From a virus (taxonomy: Duplodnaviria; Caudoviricetes): DNA of 46,424 bases. Positions 1 through 9,800 of the stretch are shown in pieces (position 1 is the first letter of the stretch; every line of letters begins with the position of its first letter). The translations under genes were made by a program, and so were the position numbers. The stretch is from positions 1 to 46,424 of IMG/VR virus record IMGVR_UViG_3300037762_000087; one strand, written 5' to 3'. The notes beneath the pieces were generated by a model. It did no database searches and was not told the DNA's origin. It worked only from the letters and a program-made list of their open reading frames with translations.

Positions 1-65
1 CCGTCGCCTCCGGCCGCGGTGACGTCCGATACCGCGCCACGTCTGTCGCGCGAGGAGTTGATCGC

Positions 66-1481
66 ATGGCTGGGGTAGGGCGCGACACGGCGTACCTGGC
101 GGCGTGCCGACGGATCGCCCGTGAACTCGGCGCCAAGCCCAATGCCTCGCGCTTCAAGCAGGATCGGGCCTACGCGGCCGTGGTCGGTAATGACCGGCGG
201 AATCGGGCGACGACCGAGGCGTTTCTTTGCTGGCTCCTGCAGCACCACCCCCGTGACGTCATCGCGGCTCGGGTCGCGGCCAATGATCGGATCGGGGCAC
301 CGCGCCGGCACGCCATCTCGGGCGGACGCTGGAGCACAGGGTCGTTGCGCTTTCTGCAGGTTGCGGACGAGATCGGTGACGCGCCGGCCGTGTTGGAAAT
401 CGGGGGCGGCTATGGCGGACAGCGGGTGCTCTGTGCCGACATCAGCGACTACACGATCCTTGACCTGCCCGAGTCGCTGGCGGTGGCACGTGCCTATCTG
501 GCCTGCCACGGTCTCGAGACGCGCTTCGTCGAGCCAGACCGGCTTGACACGATCACAGTTGCGCCTGGGACCTTCTGTCTGAGCGATTACGCCCTGTCGG
601 AATGTGACGACGAGACGATCACTCGATACGCGCCTCTGGTGGCGATGTGTGCGCGTGGACGGATCACGTGTCGTGAGGATCAGGCCGAGCGCATGGCGAG
701 ACTGCTTGGTCCACTGGAATGCTCGGTCGGGCCGGAAACGCCCCCCACGTCGCGTCACGCCAACGTCGTGCTGCGGTTCAGCCGGACCGCGCGCCTCGCG
801 GTGACGCCAACGCTGCGCGACCATACCACGGCCCTGATGGCTCAGCGGCTCCGATCGCCGGCGCCGTGGGCCTGGTCCCGGTGGGGCGATGGCGAATGGA
901 GCGCGATTCTTGGGCGCGGGACGGCCAACTGCGACGGGCAGGCGTATGTGCCGGCGCTCCGAGACGATCTGCGTCGGGTCCTGCTGGGACGGCCGCACTA
1001 TCTGTTGGGTCTTCAGCCGCTGGCCGTGGATCGGTTCGGTTCGGCGATTGCCCGATGGCTCAGCACGCACGATCTCGATCTGCCGTGGTGGAACGCCGAC
1101 GTCTTCCATGATCTCTCGAAGGCCGGGGCGCTCATCGATTTCATTGAGCCCTTGCGCCAGCGCACGGTGTTACTGGTGGGTCCGGCCCATCTGCGCGCGC
1201 TGACGCCTGTGTTGCCGTATGCGGACGTTCTGGAGATTCCCGATCGCGATGCCTATGCCGCGCTCCCGCGCCTCCGGTCTCAACTCGGGGCCGCGCTCGA
1301 TCGGCATGGATCAGATGTCGTGGTCGCGCTCAGCGCGGGCATGTCCGCCAAGATCCTGATTGACGCCTACGCTACTCGCGCGACGCTCATCGACTTCGGC
1401 TCGGTCTGGGAGCCGTACGTCGGCCGCGCGAACCGGTCCTACCATGCGCCGTTACTGCAGGCGCTTGGTGGTGCGGCGTGA
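66..1481 (+). CDS. Fusion of a putative sugar O-methyltransferase (N-terminal) and a GT-D-fold glycosyltransferase-like domain (C-terminal)
   Basis: N-half has LRF..EIGGGYGG..YTILDLP..LSDYALSE, like the TIGR04371 sugar O-methyltransferases. C-half has SRWGDGE..LVGP..SAGMSAK..IDFGSVW, like the DUF1792/GT-D fold. GAGGAG RBS upstream. Confidence 0.7.
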   Translation: MAGVGRDTAYLAACRRIARELGAKPNASRFKQDRAYAAVVGNDRRNRATTEAFLCWLLQHHPRDVIAARVAANDRIGAPRRHAISGGRWSTGSLRFLQVADEIGDAPAVLEIGGGYGGQRVLCADISDYTILDLPESLAVARAYLACHGLETRFVEPDRLDTITVAPGTFCLSDYALSECDDETITRYAPLVAMCARGRITCREDQAERMARLLGPLECSVGPETPPTSRHANVVLRFSRTARLAVTPTLRDHTTALMAQRLRSPAPWAWSRWGDGEWSAILGRGTANCDGQAYVPALRDDLRRVLLGRPHYLLGLQPLAVDRFGSAIARWLSTHDLDLPWWNADVFHDLSKAGALIDFIEPLRQRTVLLVGPAHLRALTPVLPYADVLEIPDRDAYAALPRLRSQLGAALDRHGSDVVVALSAGMSAKILIDAYATRATLIDFGSVWEPYVGRANRSYHAPLLQALGGAA

Positions 1482-2155
1482 GAATCGTCTTGACGAGCGT
1501 CGGGTATGGCGACTTTCTGGCGGTGACGCTAGCCGCCTGGCAGGCCGTCGTGCCGTCTGGCTGCCTGTCGATTGCCACGGCTCCCGGAGACAGCCTCACG
1601 CAGCGTATCGCAGCCGATCGCGGCGTTCCGGTTCTCGTGACCGATGCGTGGTCGCGCACGGATCCCCGGTGCCATGTCGGCCGACGCCCTGGGTTCAACA
1701 TGTCGCTCGGGCTCGATGAGGCGTTGGGGCTCGTGCCAGGTCTGCGTCCGGCGCCGGCCGTTGGCGAACTCTGCGGGCACGTGAATCCGGACTGCTATCC
1801 ACTCGGGGCATGGCCGAACGAGGCGACGTTCGCGCCCGAGACGGTCTACGGGTTCTGGCGTTACGCCTGCGCGAGTCCTGCCGCTCTGACGGCTTACCTG
1901 GGGGGCGACCGCGAGCCCGACGCTTATCCGCGCATGAAGAACGCCAAGCACGGGCCGATCGGCTACTGCCAGATATTTCGCTGGACGTCGGGGATCCGCT
2001 TCGGGTCGTATCCCTCGGCTGGCGGCTTCGATACTGACTTTACGCGCCGGTTCGCGCATCGCGCGATGCGTGACGAGGTGTTCCTGCTGCATCTGGGCGG
2101 CCGCGATCGGGCGAACTGGGCCGGTCGCACCCTGCCTCGCTGGGGGGCGGCATGA
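1478..2155 (+). CDS. Putative glycosyltransferase (GT-A/GT2-like)
   Basis: VGYGDFLAVTL start, NPD at the DxD position, IGYCQIF, and C-terminal HLG..NWAGR, typical of phage GT-A proteins; translationally coupled. Confidence 0.6.
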   Translation: MRIVLTSVGYGDFLAVTLAAWQAVVPSGCLSIATAPGDSLTQRIAADRGVPVLVTDAWSRTDPRCHVGRRPGFNMSLGLDEALGLVPGLRPAPAVGELCGHVNPDCYPLGAWPNEATFAPETVYGFWRYACASPAALTAYLGGDREPDAYPRMKNAKHGPIGYCQIFRWTSGIRFGSYPSAGGFDTDFTRRFAHRAMRDEVFLLHLGGRDRANWAGRTLPRWGAA

Positions 2156-2787
2156 GGCTTGGGATTGCGATGACCACGGCGCCCCGCGCCCGTCCGACGA
2201 TTGAGGCGGCGATGGCCTCGCTCCACGCGGCTGGCTTCGATCAACCCGTCATGACGATTCACGATCCGGAGAAGCGCGGTGCGCTGCCGACGTGGGGGCG
2301 CGCCGTGGCGGCTCTGATCGCATCGACAGCGGACTGGCTGATGATCGTGCAGGACGATGCGAGCTGGGCCCGTCGGTCACGCGAGGCGTTGGAACGCGAG
2401 ATTCTGGCGCTTGGCGATCGCGCTTGGCGCGCGGGGCTCTTGTCGCCATTCCTGGTCAACAAGATCGGCCGCGAACTCCGGCAGCGTGGCGATCTCAGGC
2501 CGGGCTGGCATCCGTCCACGCTGGGCTATCAGTCGGGCGGGGCCCTCTGCTATGTGTTGCCGCGCGCCTCGGCGGAAGCGTTGATGGCCGATCCATGGTT
2601 CGCTGAATGCCTAGCGACGCGGCCCAAGAACATCGATCGCTGGGTCCCTGGTCGGCTGCTGGAACTGGGCTACGACACGCTCTATCGCTACCCCAGCCTT
2701 GTCAATCATGTGCTCGGGTCGGGCAACAGCAGCATCAAGCCCAAGAAGCCGCACGACACCCAGTTTTGGGAGCGGGTGGCGTCATGA
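2152..2787 (+). CDS. Putative glycosyltransferase (GT25/GT2-like)
   Basis: WLMIVQDDA (DxD-like), GALCYVLPR..A, NID, PSLVNH motifs. Confidence 0.65.
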   Translation: MRLGIAMTTAPRARPTIEAAMASLHAAGFDQPVMTIHDPEKRGALPTWGRAVAALIASTADWLMIVQDDASWARRSREALEREILALGDRAWRAGLLSPFLVNKIGRELRQRGDLRPGWHPSTLGYQSGGALCYVLPRASAEALMADPWFAECLATRPKNIDRWVPGRLLELGYDTLYRYPSLVNHVLGSGNSSIKPKKPHDTQFWERVAS

Positions 2788-3515
2788 CGGTTGTGACCTG
2801 GAAGTGGCGACCGGCTCAGGGCTACCGCTCGACGTTCGGGCCTGACGCGGTGAATACGCTGCGCGCGATGGTCCGCCGGCATTACCCGCATCCGCACCGG
2901 TTTGTCTGCGTGACCGACGAGGCCGCAGGGATCGCGCCGGATGTCGAGATTGTGCCAGACTGGGGCGACTTCGCCGACGTGCCTTCGCCTCATGGCGGAC
3001 GGAACCCGAGCTGTTACCGGCGGTTGCGGTTGTTTCACCCCGATGCGTCACGTTGGTTCGGCGACCGGATCGTCTCGCTCGATCTCGACGTCGTGATCAC
3101 GGCCGATCTGGCGCCGCTATGGGATCGGTCAGAGGACTTCGTCGCATGGGGCGACACGAATCCCCTGCCTGGCAGTCACTACAACGGCTCGATGATCCTG
3201 CTCACGGCCGGATCGCGGTCGCAAGTCTGGACACGCTTCGACCCGGCCACCTCCCCGCGCCAGTCGCTCAAGGCTCGGTGTTTCGGCTCCGATCAGGGCT
3301 GGATCAGTTACTGCCTTGGACCGGGCGAAGCGAAGTGGACACGGGCAGATGGCGTCTACAGCTTCCGAAACGAGATCGCGGCTACACGTGCGTTGCCGTC
3401 AAATGCTCGGCTGGTCGTCTTTCATGGCGCGCACGATCCGTGGGATGCCTACGTGCAGGCCAACTATCCATGGGTCCAACTGTACTACCATGATCGCGCC
3501 GAGGTGGCCGCATGA
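2784..3515 (+). CDS. Putative glycosyltransferase (GT-A fold, GT8-like)
   Basis: Start reassigned to ATG 2784, which overlaps the upstream stop. VVTWKW..VNTL..FVCVTD, LDLDVVI (DxD), YNGSM, SDQGWI, VVFHG..DPW. Confidence 0.8.
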   Translation: MTVVTWKWRPAQGYRSTFGPDAVNTLRAMVRRHYPHPHRFVCVTDEAAGIAPDVEIVPDWGDFADVPSPHGGRNPSCYRRLRLFHPDASRWFGDRIVSLDLDVVITADLAPLWDRSEDFVAWGDTNPLPGSHYNGSMILLTAGSRSQVWTRFDPATSPRQSLKARCFGSDQGWISYCLGPGEAKWTRADGVYSFRNEIAATRALPSNARLVVFHGAHDPWDAYVQANYPWVQLYYHDRAEVAA

Positions 3516-4120
3516 GCTGGTGCTGGGACCGGGGCGTGTCGTCGCGGTCGCGGCTGGTGACAGCGCCGGTTGGCCTGCCGCTTGACGTGGCCTATCTGCG
3601 CGACAAGGCGCTCCGGACCGCTGGCGAGACGGTGGAGGATGAGCTGATTGAAGCCTACATAGGCGCGGCGACCGAGGCGGCCGAGCACGACACGGGCCGA
3701 TCGCTGATGCCGCAGACGTGGCAACTGCTGCTCGGCCGGTTCCCGGCGGGCCCGATTGTGCTGCCGAAGCTGCCGGTTCGGGCGGTGACGCTCTTCGAGT
3801 ACGTGGACGAGGACGGAGTGCTGCAGACGCTTCTGGGCTCGCCGCCTGAATACGTGTTTCGCGGCTCGGGAGAATGGAGCCGGGCGGAACTCTCCCCGCT
3901 CTATGGCGAGGTATGGCCGTCCACGCGAGGCGAGGATGATGCGGTGCGCATCACGTACACGACCGGGTACGACGCGACGGCCGAGATTCCGAAGGCGATC
4001 ACGGCTGGCATCGCGCTGCTCGTCGGCGAACTCTATAACCACCGGACGCTCAGCGTGCATGAGGTGCATAACACGCCGGCCACGGTGCAGTTGCCTCGGT
4101 TCTGGAAGCAGGTGCCCTGA
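3512..4120 (+). CDS. Head-tail connector protein (gp6/phiE125 gp8-like)
   Basis: EDELIEAYIGAATEAAE..TGRSLMPQTW, WPST..AVRITYTTGY..IP.AI..GI.LLVGELY.HR. Confidence 0.9.
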   Translation: MSWCWDRGVSSRSRLVTAPVGLPLDVAYLRDKALRTAGETVEDELIEAYIGAATEAAEHDTGRSLMPQTWQLLLGRFPAGPIVLPKLPVRAVTLFEYVDEDGVLQTLLGSPPEYVFRGSGEWSRAELSPLYGEVWPSTRGEDDAVRITYTTGYDATAEIPKAITAGIALLVGELYNHRTLSVHEVHNTPATVQLPRFWKQVP

Positions 4121-4503
4121 TGGCGATCCGCCGTGCCCCCATCGAGCCCGGCCGGTGTCGCTGGCGCGTGACGATCGAGTCGCGTCCAGCCGACGACACG
4201 ACGGACACGAGCGGGGCACCGATCGACGGGCCGTGGACGACGCTACTCGACGACGTGCCCATGGCCCGCACGGATGTGCAGGGCCGTGAGCGGTTCATCG
4301 CGGATCAAGAATCGGCCCTGGCTGACACGCGCTGGGAGATGGGCTATCGAGCCGACATGGACCCGGATCTGGTGGATGTGGTGAAGCTGAGGCGACTCGT
4401 CGTGCGCGGGCGCGTGTACGATATCGAGGCAGCTTCTGTGATGTCCGTCGGCGGTTCCGTGCTGGCGGGTATCGAACTGATGACCCGGGCGAAGGTGGCG
4501 TGA
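4120..4503 (+). CDS. Head closure / head-tail adaptor protein (SPP1 gp16-like)
   Basis: RWRVTIE..D.SG.P...W, GRERF.A, YRADM, R.V.RGRVYDI; gene position. Confidence 0.85.
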   Translation: MAIRRAPIEPGRCRWRVTIESRPADDTTDTSGAPIDGPWTTLLDDVPMARTDVQGRERFIADQESALADTRWEMGYRADMDPDLVDVVKLRRLVVRGRVYDIEAASVMSVGGSVLAGIELMTRAKVA

Positions 4504-4985
4504 TGTTCAGGATGCGACATGAGGGCGGTGAGGCGTTGGCGCAGGCGCTGAATGCACTGCCGCCTCGCGTGTCACGTCGCGCGCTCCTCGATGCGCTGGT
4601 CGAAGCGGGTGAGCCGATGCGGCAGACCATGGGCCGGTTGGCGCCGCGAGAACCCGGAGCCCCGGACATCGCAGACAGCATGGTGATCAGCGAGCTTCGC
4701 ACCAAACTGGGGTCCTTCGAGGGGGAGGATCTGCGGCGGGATGAGTTCCAGCAGGCCGTGGCCGTCGGGCCGTCGAAAGGCTTCTTCTATGGCTACTTCC
4801 AGGAATACGGCACGTCGCGTCATGCGGCTCAGTCCTTTGCGCGTCCCGCCTTCGACTCGGACGCCCCCAAGGCGGTGCCGGTCCTCGCTGCGGCGCTCTG
4901 GCGTCTGTTGGCTGCGCGGGGTATTCAGAAGCCGATGGCGACGAGGCTCGGTCCGGTCACGAGCGTGGGAGGGCGCACACTGTGA
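4500..4985 (+). CDS. HK97 gp10-family tail component
   Basis: L..ALNALP..V.R.AL..A, VGP.KGFFYGYFQEYGTSRHAAQSFARPAFD. Confidence 0.9.
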   Translation: MMFRMRHEGGEALAQALNALPPRVSRRALLDALVEAGEPMRQTMGRLAPREPGAPDIADSMVISELRTKLGSFEGEDLRRDEFQQAVAVGPSKGFFYGYFQEYGTSRHAAQSFARPAFDSDAPKAVPVLAAALWRLLAARGIQKPMATRLGPVTSVGGRTL

Positions 4986-5404
4986 CGCTCACCGCGGCGA
5001 TTCGCACGCGGCTGCTCGCGCAATCGGCGCTGACGGCGCTGGTCGGGACGCGGGTTTACGCGCTCGTGATTCCACAGCAGCCGACCTTGCCGGCAATTCG
5101 GTTGCAGCAGATCGGGCGCGATGAGCCGATGCACCTGCGTGGGCCGGTCACGGTCTTTCGGGCGCGGCTGCAGGTGGATGCCATCGCCTACTCGAAAGAA
5201 ACCGCCGATGCGGTAGACGCGGCTATCGATGGCGACGGGCTGGGGCCTGATGCCACCGGGCTCAAAGGCTGGACGGGCGAGATTGGCAGTCCGCCGTTCG
5301 CGGTGAAGGCGATCTTGCCGGCAGATGTGCGAGAGATGTATCACCCGGAGGAGTTGAAGCAGTACCGGATCAGCCGGGACTACTTTGTATGGTTCAGCCC
5401 ATGA
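4982..5404 (+). CDS. Tail completion/terminator protein (DUF3168-like)
   Basis: AIR.RLLA..ALTALVGTRVY..IPQ..TLPAI, RLQVD, YRISRDY.VW. Confidence 0.85.
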   Translation: MTLTAAIRTRLLAQSALTALVGTRVYALVIPQQPTLPAIRLQQIGRDEPMHLRGPVTVFRARLQVDAIAYSKETADAVDAAIDGDGLGPDATGLKGWTGEIGSPPFAVKAILPADVREMYHPEELKQYRISRDYFVWFSP

Positions 5405-5425
5405 GGTAACACGCCACACGCTCGA

Positions 5426-5582
5426 CGTCGCGACTAGGCCGGCCAGCCGAATCCTGTCCTGACCAGATAGGCAGTCGCGACGACAGAGGTCACGGAGCAA
5501 CGGTCACTCCGGGCAGCGAGGCGCCATGTCTCGTGCTCGCGAGTGGCCGTTTGCTTTTGTGGCTACGGGTCAGGGCACGAGA
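5426..5582 (+). ncRNA. Candidate structured leader or attenuator RNA upstream of the tail tube gene
   Basis: Perfect 10-bp stem 5426-5435/5473-5482; second stem 5496-5509/5541-5555 followed by a U-rich tract; alternative pairing 5529-5538/5573-5582. Confidence 0.45.
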
Positions 5583-5610
5583 GACGAGAGACGACAGAGG
5601 AGTAACGACC

Positions 5611-6108
5611 ATGCCTGACGTGACGGGAACGTTTTACAACTCAGAGGCGCTGATTGGCTACGGCTGGGAGTGGCTGATCGGCGATGGTGCCAGCCCGGAG
5701 GTGTTCGAGGCGGTACCCTTCGTGCGGCGGATCGTGCCGGGCGGCATGCCCACGGCCGTACAGGACGTGACGCACCTGCGGAGCCCGGATGCCCACCGCG
5801 AGAAGAAGGCGACGATCTCCGACAGTGACGCCTTCACGATCGAACTCCAGTACAACCCGACGCACGAGTCGCAGTCGAATCTGGGCGGCGGGAGCGGGGT
5901 GTTCGCGACCGGCGGCATCCTCGCGATGAAGCGGCTCAAGACGGAGAAGAACATGATCCTCCGCGTGCCGACCGGGAGCCCGGCCGATGACTTCCCGTTT
6001 GCGGGCGTGATCACGAACTACGCGATCGGCGAGGTGACCGTCGATGGCGTGGTCATGCTGACGGTCGAAGTGACGCCGCTCCGCAGCTACGCGGCTGGCC
6101 TGCCGTAA
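5611..6108 (+). CDS. Major tail tube protein
   Basis: Start at ATG 5611 after GAGGAG; IGDGASPEVF, DVTHL.SPD..REK, F.GVIT; lies before the chaperones and tape measure. Confidence 0.9.
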   Translation: MPDVTGTFYNSEALIGYGWEWLIGDGASPEVFEAVPFVRRIVPGGMPTAVQDVTHLRSPDAHREKKATISDSDAFTIELQYNPTHESQSNLGGGSGVFATGGILAMKRLKTEKNMILRVPTGSPADDFPFAGVITNYAIGEVTVDGVVMLTVEVTPLRSYAAGLP

Positions 6109-6115
6109 GGGGGCC

Positions 6116-6508
6116 GTGATGGCGAATCGTGAACGCGGCGAAGTGCCGCTCGTCGTGACCAACGGCGACGGCACAACGCACATCTACATCCTGCGGCTGA
6201 GCATCAACGCGCTCTGTGAGGTGGAGGACTTACTGAGCCAGTCGTCTGGGACGCCCGTGAGCTTTACGGAGATTATGGCTCGGGCCGGCACAGGCCGGAT
6301 GCGCGAGATCCGAGCCATTGTCTGGGCGGCGCTTCAGGAGCGGCATCGCGACCAGTTTCCCACGCTGGAATCAGCCGGAGAACTCATCCAGCTCGTGGGC
6401 ATCACCAACCTGGGCGACCAGTTACAGGCGCTTCAGGGCTCGACCACTCCTGACCCGGCCGATGTTGCGGAGTTGCCGAAACCAAACCCTCCCGAGGCTC
6501 AGGGGTAG
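6116..6508 (+). CDS. Tail assembly chaperone (gpG-like)
   Basis: ANRERGEV.L..Y.LRLSINALCEVED, a GTA-gp10-like pattern; lies between tube and tape measure. Confidence 0.8.
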   Translation: MMANRERGEVPLVVTNGDGTTHIYILRLSINALCEVEDLLSQSSGTPVSFTEIMARAGTGRMREIRAIVWAALQERHRDQFPTLESAGELIQLVGITNLGDQLQALQGSTTPDPADVAELPKPNPPEAQG

Positions 6509-6846
6509 CGACGTGGCGATCGTTCTACATCGACGCGCGTCGCTTCGGCCTGAGCGGGGAGGCGTTCTGGGCGCTGACCGTGCGCGAACTCTACCGGGAG
6601 TTCGTCGCGCGGCTGCGCGTGCTGACCGATGACCAAGATCGTGATACCGCCCATGCCTATATGGTGGCGAGTTTCAACGCGGCGACGAAGTCAAAGAAGG
6701 GCCTGAAACCGTTGGCGCACTACTTGTCGAAACCGACGACGGATCGCGGACAGCCGCTCGCGCAGCGGAAGGCCGTGCTGGCGGTGTTGAGCCAGCAGTA
6801 CGGCATCCCGCTTCGGCGAGGGGCCAAGGTGCGACGCCGTGGCTAA
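6481..6846 (+). CDS. Tail assembly chaperone gpT-like C-terminal part, reached by -1 frameshift (fusion 6116-6846)
   Basis: The -1 frame reads ...WRSFYIDARRFGLSGEAFWALTVRELY..., so the gpT-like GL....FW.LT.REL motif lies upstream of the listed GTG start at 6580. Confidence 0.75.
   Translation, partial: TKPSRGSGVATWRSFYIDARRFGLSGEAFWALTVRELYREFVARLRVLTDDQDRDTAHAYMVASFNAATKSKKGLKPLAHYLSKPTTDRGQPLAQRKAVLAVLSQQYGIPLRRGAKVRRRG
6484..6490 (+). promoter_or_regulatory. -1 programmed ribosomal frameshift slippery site A AAC CCT
   Basis: XXXYYYZ heptamer in the correct phase just before the chaperone stop; the -1 frame is open to 6846. Confidence 0.75.
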
Positions 6847-9800
6847 TTCCGCCATCGTCGGCATTCTGCGCGCGCTGCTCATCGCCGATACCGCCGAGTT
6901 CGAGACGGCAATGAAGCGGGCGGCGCAGTCCGCCAAGACGTGGTCGAAGGATCTCGGCGCGGTGGGACGGCAGGCCAGTCAGATCGGGCTTGCACTCACG
7001 AAGACGCTGACGTTGCCCATCGTCGGCTTGGCGACAGCCTCAGCCAAGGCGGCAATCGACTTCGAGTCGAGCTTCGCCGGGGTCCGCAAGACCGTGGACG
7101 CGACCGAGCAGCAGTTTGCCGAACTCGCCCAAGGCTTCCGTGATCTGGCAAAGGAAATCCCGGTCAACGTCAACGAACTCAACAAGATCGGTGAAGCCGC
7201 AGGCCAGCTCGGGATCCAGACGGAGAACATTGTTGGCTTCACCAAGGTCATGGCCGAGCTTGGCGTCACCACGAACCTAAGCTCCGATCAGGCTGCCACA
7301 TCGCTGGCGCGTCTGGCCAACATCACCGGGATGCCGCAGACCGAGTTCGACAAGTTGGGCTCGACCATTGTCGCGCTCGGCAACAACTTCGCCACGACCG
7401 AATCGGAGATCGTGGACTTCGGCCTGCGGATCGCCGGCGCGGGCGAGATTGCCGGCCTGACCGAGTCGCAGATTCTCGCCATTGGCTCGGCCATGTCGTC
7501 GGTTGGCGTGCAGGCCGAAGCTGGCGGCACGGCCGTGCAAAAAGCCTTGAACGCCATGACCAAGGCGGTGGCGACTGGCAACCAGGATCTGGCCGTCTTC
7601 GCGCAGACAGCGGGTATGTCCGCCAAGGAGTTCGCGGCGGCGTTCCGCGAGGATGCGGGCGCGGCCTTCACGGACTTCGTGGAGGGGCTGGGGATTCAAG
7701 GCGACAAGGCGTTTACGACGCTGGACCGGCTGAAGCTGGGGAACGAGCGGGTCATTCGCGCCTTCCTGTCGCTCTCCAATGCGGGCGACCTGCTCAGGCG
7801 CAATCTGGACCTGGCCTCCGATGCCTGGCGCGAGAACACGGCGCTCACCGAGGAAGCGCGCAAGCGATTCGAGACCACGGCCTCACAACTCACGTTGCTC
7901 TGGAACGCGGTGAAGGACGTTGGGATCACGCTGGGCAATGCGTTGCTGCCGGCGATTCAGTCGGCGATTGCAGCCGCTAAGACGCTCACGCCGGTGCTGG
8001 ACAAGCTGGCGCAGGGCTTCGCGGATCTGCCGGGCGGCGTGCAGCTCGTCATCCTCGGTTTTGGCGGGCTGGTGGCCGCGGCCGGGCCTGTCCTGTTCGT
8101 CGCTGGCCAACTCATCACGGCAGCCTCCACGCTCATCGGGGCTTTCACGAAGCAGGGCATCGCCATGCGGGCCCTGAACGCGATCTACGGCGAAACCACT
8201 GTCGCGGCAACAACCGCCTCAGCGGCCATGACGCGATTCTGGTTGGCGCTCATTGGTCCTGCTGCCGCCTTTGCTGGTGTCGCGCTCATCGCGAAGGCGC
8301 TGAAGGACGCGCAGTTTGAAGCGGAAGGCTTGGGCGAGAAAACAAAGGCGGCTCTTCGGGAACTCGACAAGCTCGAACGATTCGGTGTCGTGACTGGCAA
8401 GGCAGGGCGTCAACTCGTGACCGGTCAAGACATTGCGCTGCCGCTCGAACGAGCCGCCGCGGCGGTCGGCGAAGTCGGCGCCTCGAGTGCTGGTGCCCAG
8501 AAACCGGTGGCCGGTCTCAATCGTGAACTGGACGGCTTGGGCGACACGTCCGATGCGCTGACCAAGCGCCTGGAAGCGCTGGGCGAGACCTTGTCCGGCC
8601 GGGCCCTCCAGCAGCAGGTGGACGAAACCGCCCTGGCGATTCAGCGGCTCGGCGGCATTCAGGCCGTGAGCGCTGCTCAGCAACGCACGCTAGCCGCATC
8701 AACGCTGGAGTGGGCCCGGGCCGGCGCGGCGCTCCCGCCGGTACTGCTCGACAACTGGCTGGCGAATATGTCGCTGGCCGAGAGCCTTGGCGGGGTGAGC
8801 CGGAACATCAAGGACGTGCTGGACCAGGCGCGTGACATGCCCGAGGTCATGAAAGCGTGGGAGAAGTCCTGGGGCAAAGACTCGGTCATCGCCAAGGGCC
8901 TCAGCGGCGTGCTGAAGATCGGCATTGGCACGCCGGAGATCGGGACGGACTTCACTGAGAAGCTGAAGGCGCAGTGGGCGTTCATGTTCGAGGAAATGAA
9001 GCCGGTGGCTGTCCGGCTTCACGAAGGGCTGCTTGAAGCCACCCGTGGCCTGCCGTCTGTCCTGATGCAGGCGCTCACGGGTGGCGGGGATATCGGGAAG
9101 TCGATCGGCGGTCTGTTCAGCGGATCGCTCTTCGGCAAACTGACCGGCGCGTTCGACGAGAAGTCCGGGCTCTTTGCCGGTGGCATCGGCGGGCTTTTAC
9201 AGAAGACGCTGGGCAAGACGATCGGCGGCGTCTTCGGGTCGCTCATTCCTGGGCTTGGGACACTCCTCGGCGCCGGCCTTGGCGGGTTGCTGGACAAGGT
9301 ATTCGACCGCTCCAAGGGGCGCGATCTTGTCAAGCAATTTGCCGAGCAAATGGGCGGCTTCGACGCGCTGCGCGAGAAGCTGCTGGTGCTTGGCGATGAG
9401 GGCGAACGGCTCTGGGTGAAGCTGACGCAGGGCGTGGGCCGCAACGACCCGAAGGCGGCACAGGCGGCGATTGACGCCATCACGAAGGCGTTGGAGCGCC
9501 AGCAGCAGCAGCTTGAGAAGGTCAAGCAGACCCTGGCCGGCGAAGGCATCTGGGACCGGATGACGCGCGAGATGGCGGCGGCCTCACTGGCAACGGGCGA
9601 AGACCTGCTTGGGATGGCTGATGCGATCGAACGCCAGCAGCAGCGGCTCGGCGCCGGCCTCATGGGCGTCACCGCTGTCGTGGCTGGTACACAGGAGGAG
9701 TTCGATCGACTGAGCCGGATCGCGCTGAGCACGTTCAATACCTTGGTCTCGTCCGGCATGGGGTCGGCCGATGCGATGCGCCAGATCGGGCCTTCGATCG

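Noticed and set aside
66-3515. Glycosyltransferase cluster as a DNA hypermodification pathway
   Set aside because: No base hydroxymethylase, TET/JBP or nucleotide kinase gene is visible, and the cluster is coupled to virion genes instead of replication genes; disfavoured but not excluded, since part of the genome is outside the window
5533-5610. Longer start for the tail tube gene
   Set aside because: A strong GAGGAG precedes ATG 5611, and the upstream part falls in the structured leader
5680-5700. GDGASP in the tail tube as an additional GSP-type site
   Set aside because: It is not an exact GSP and resembles a motif common in this tail tube family, so it was left out of the count
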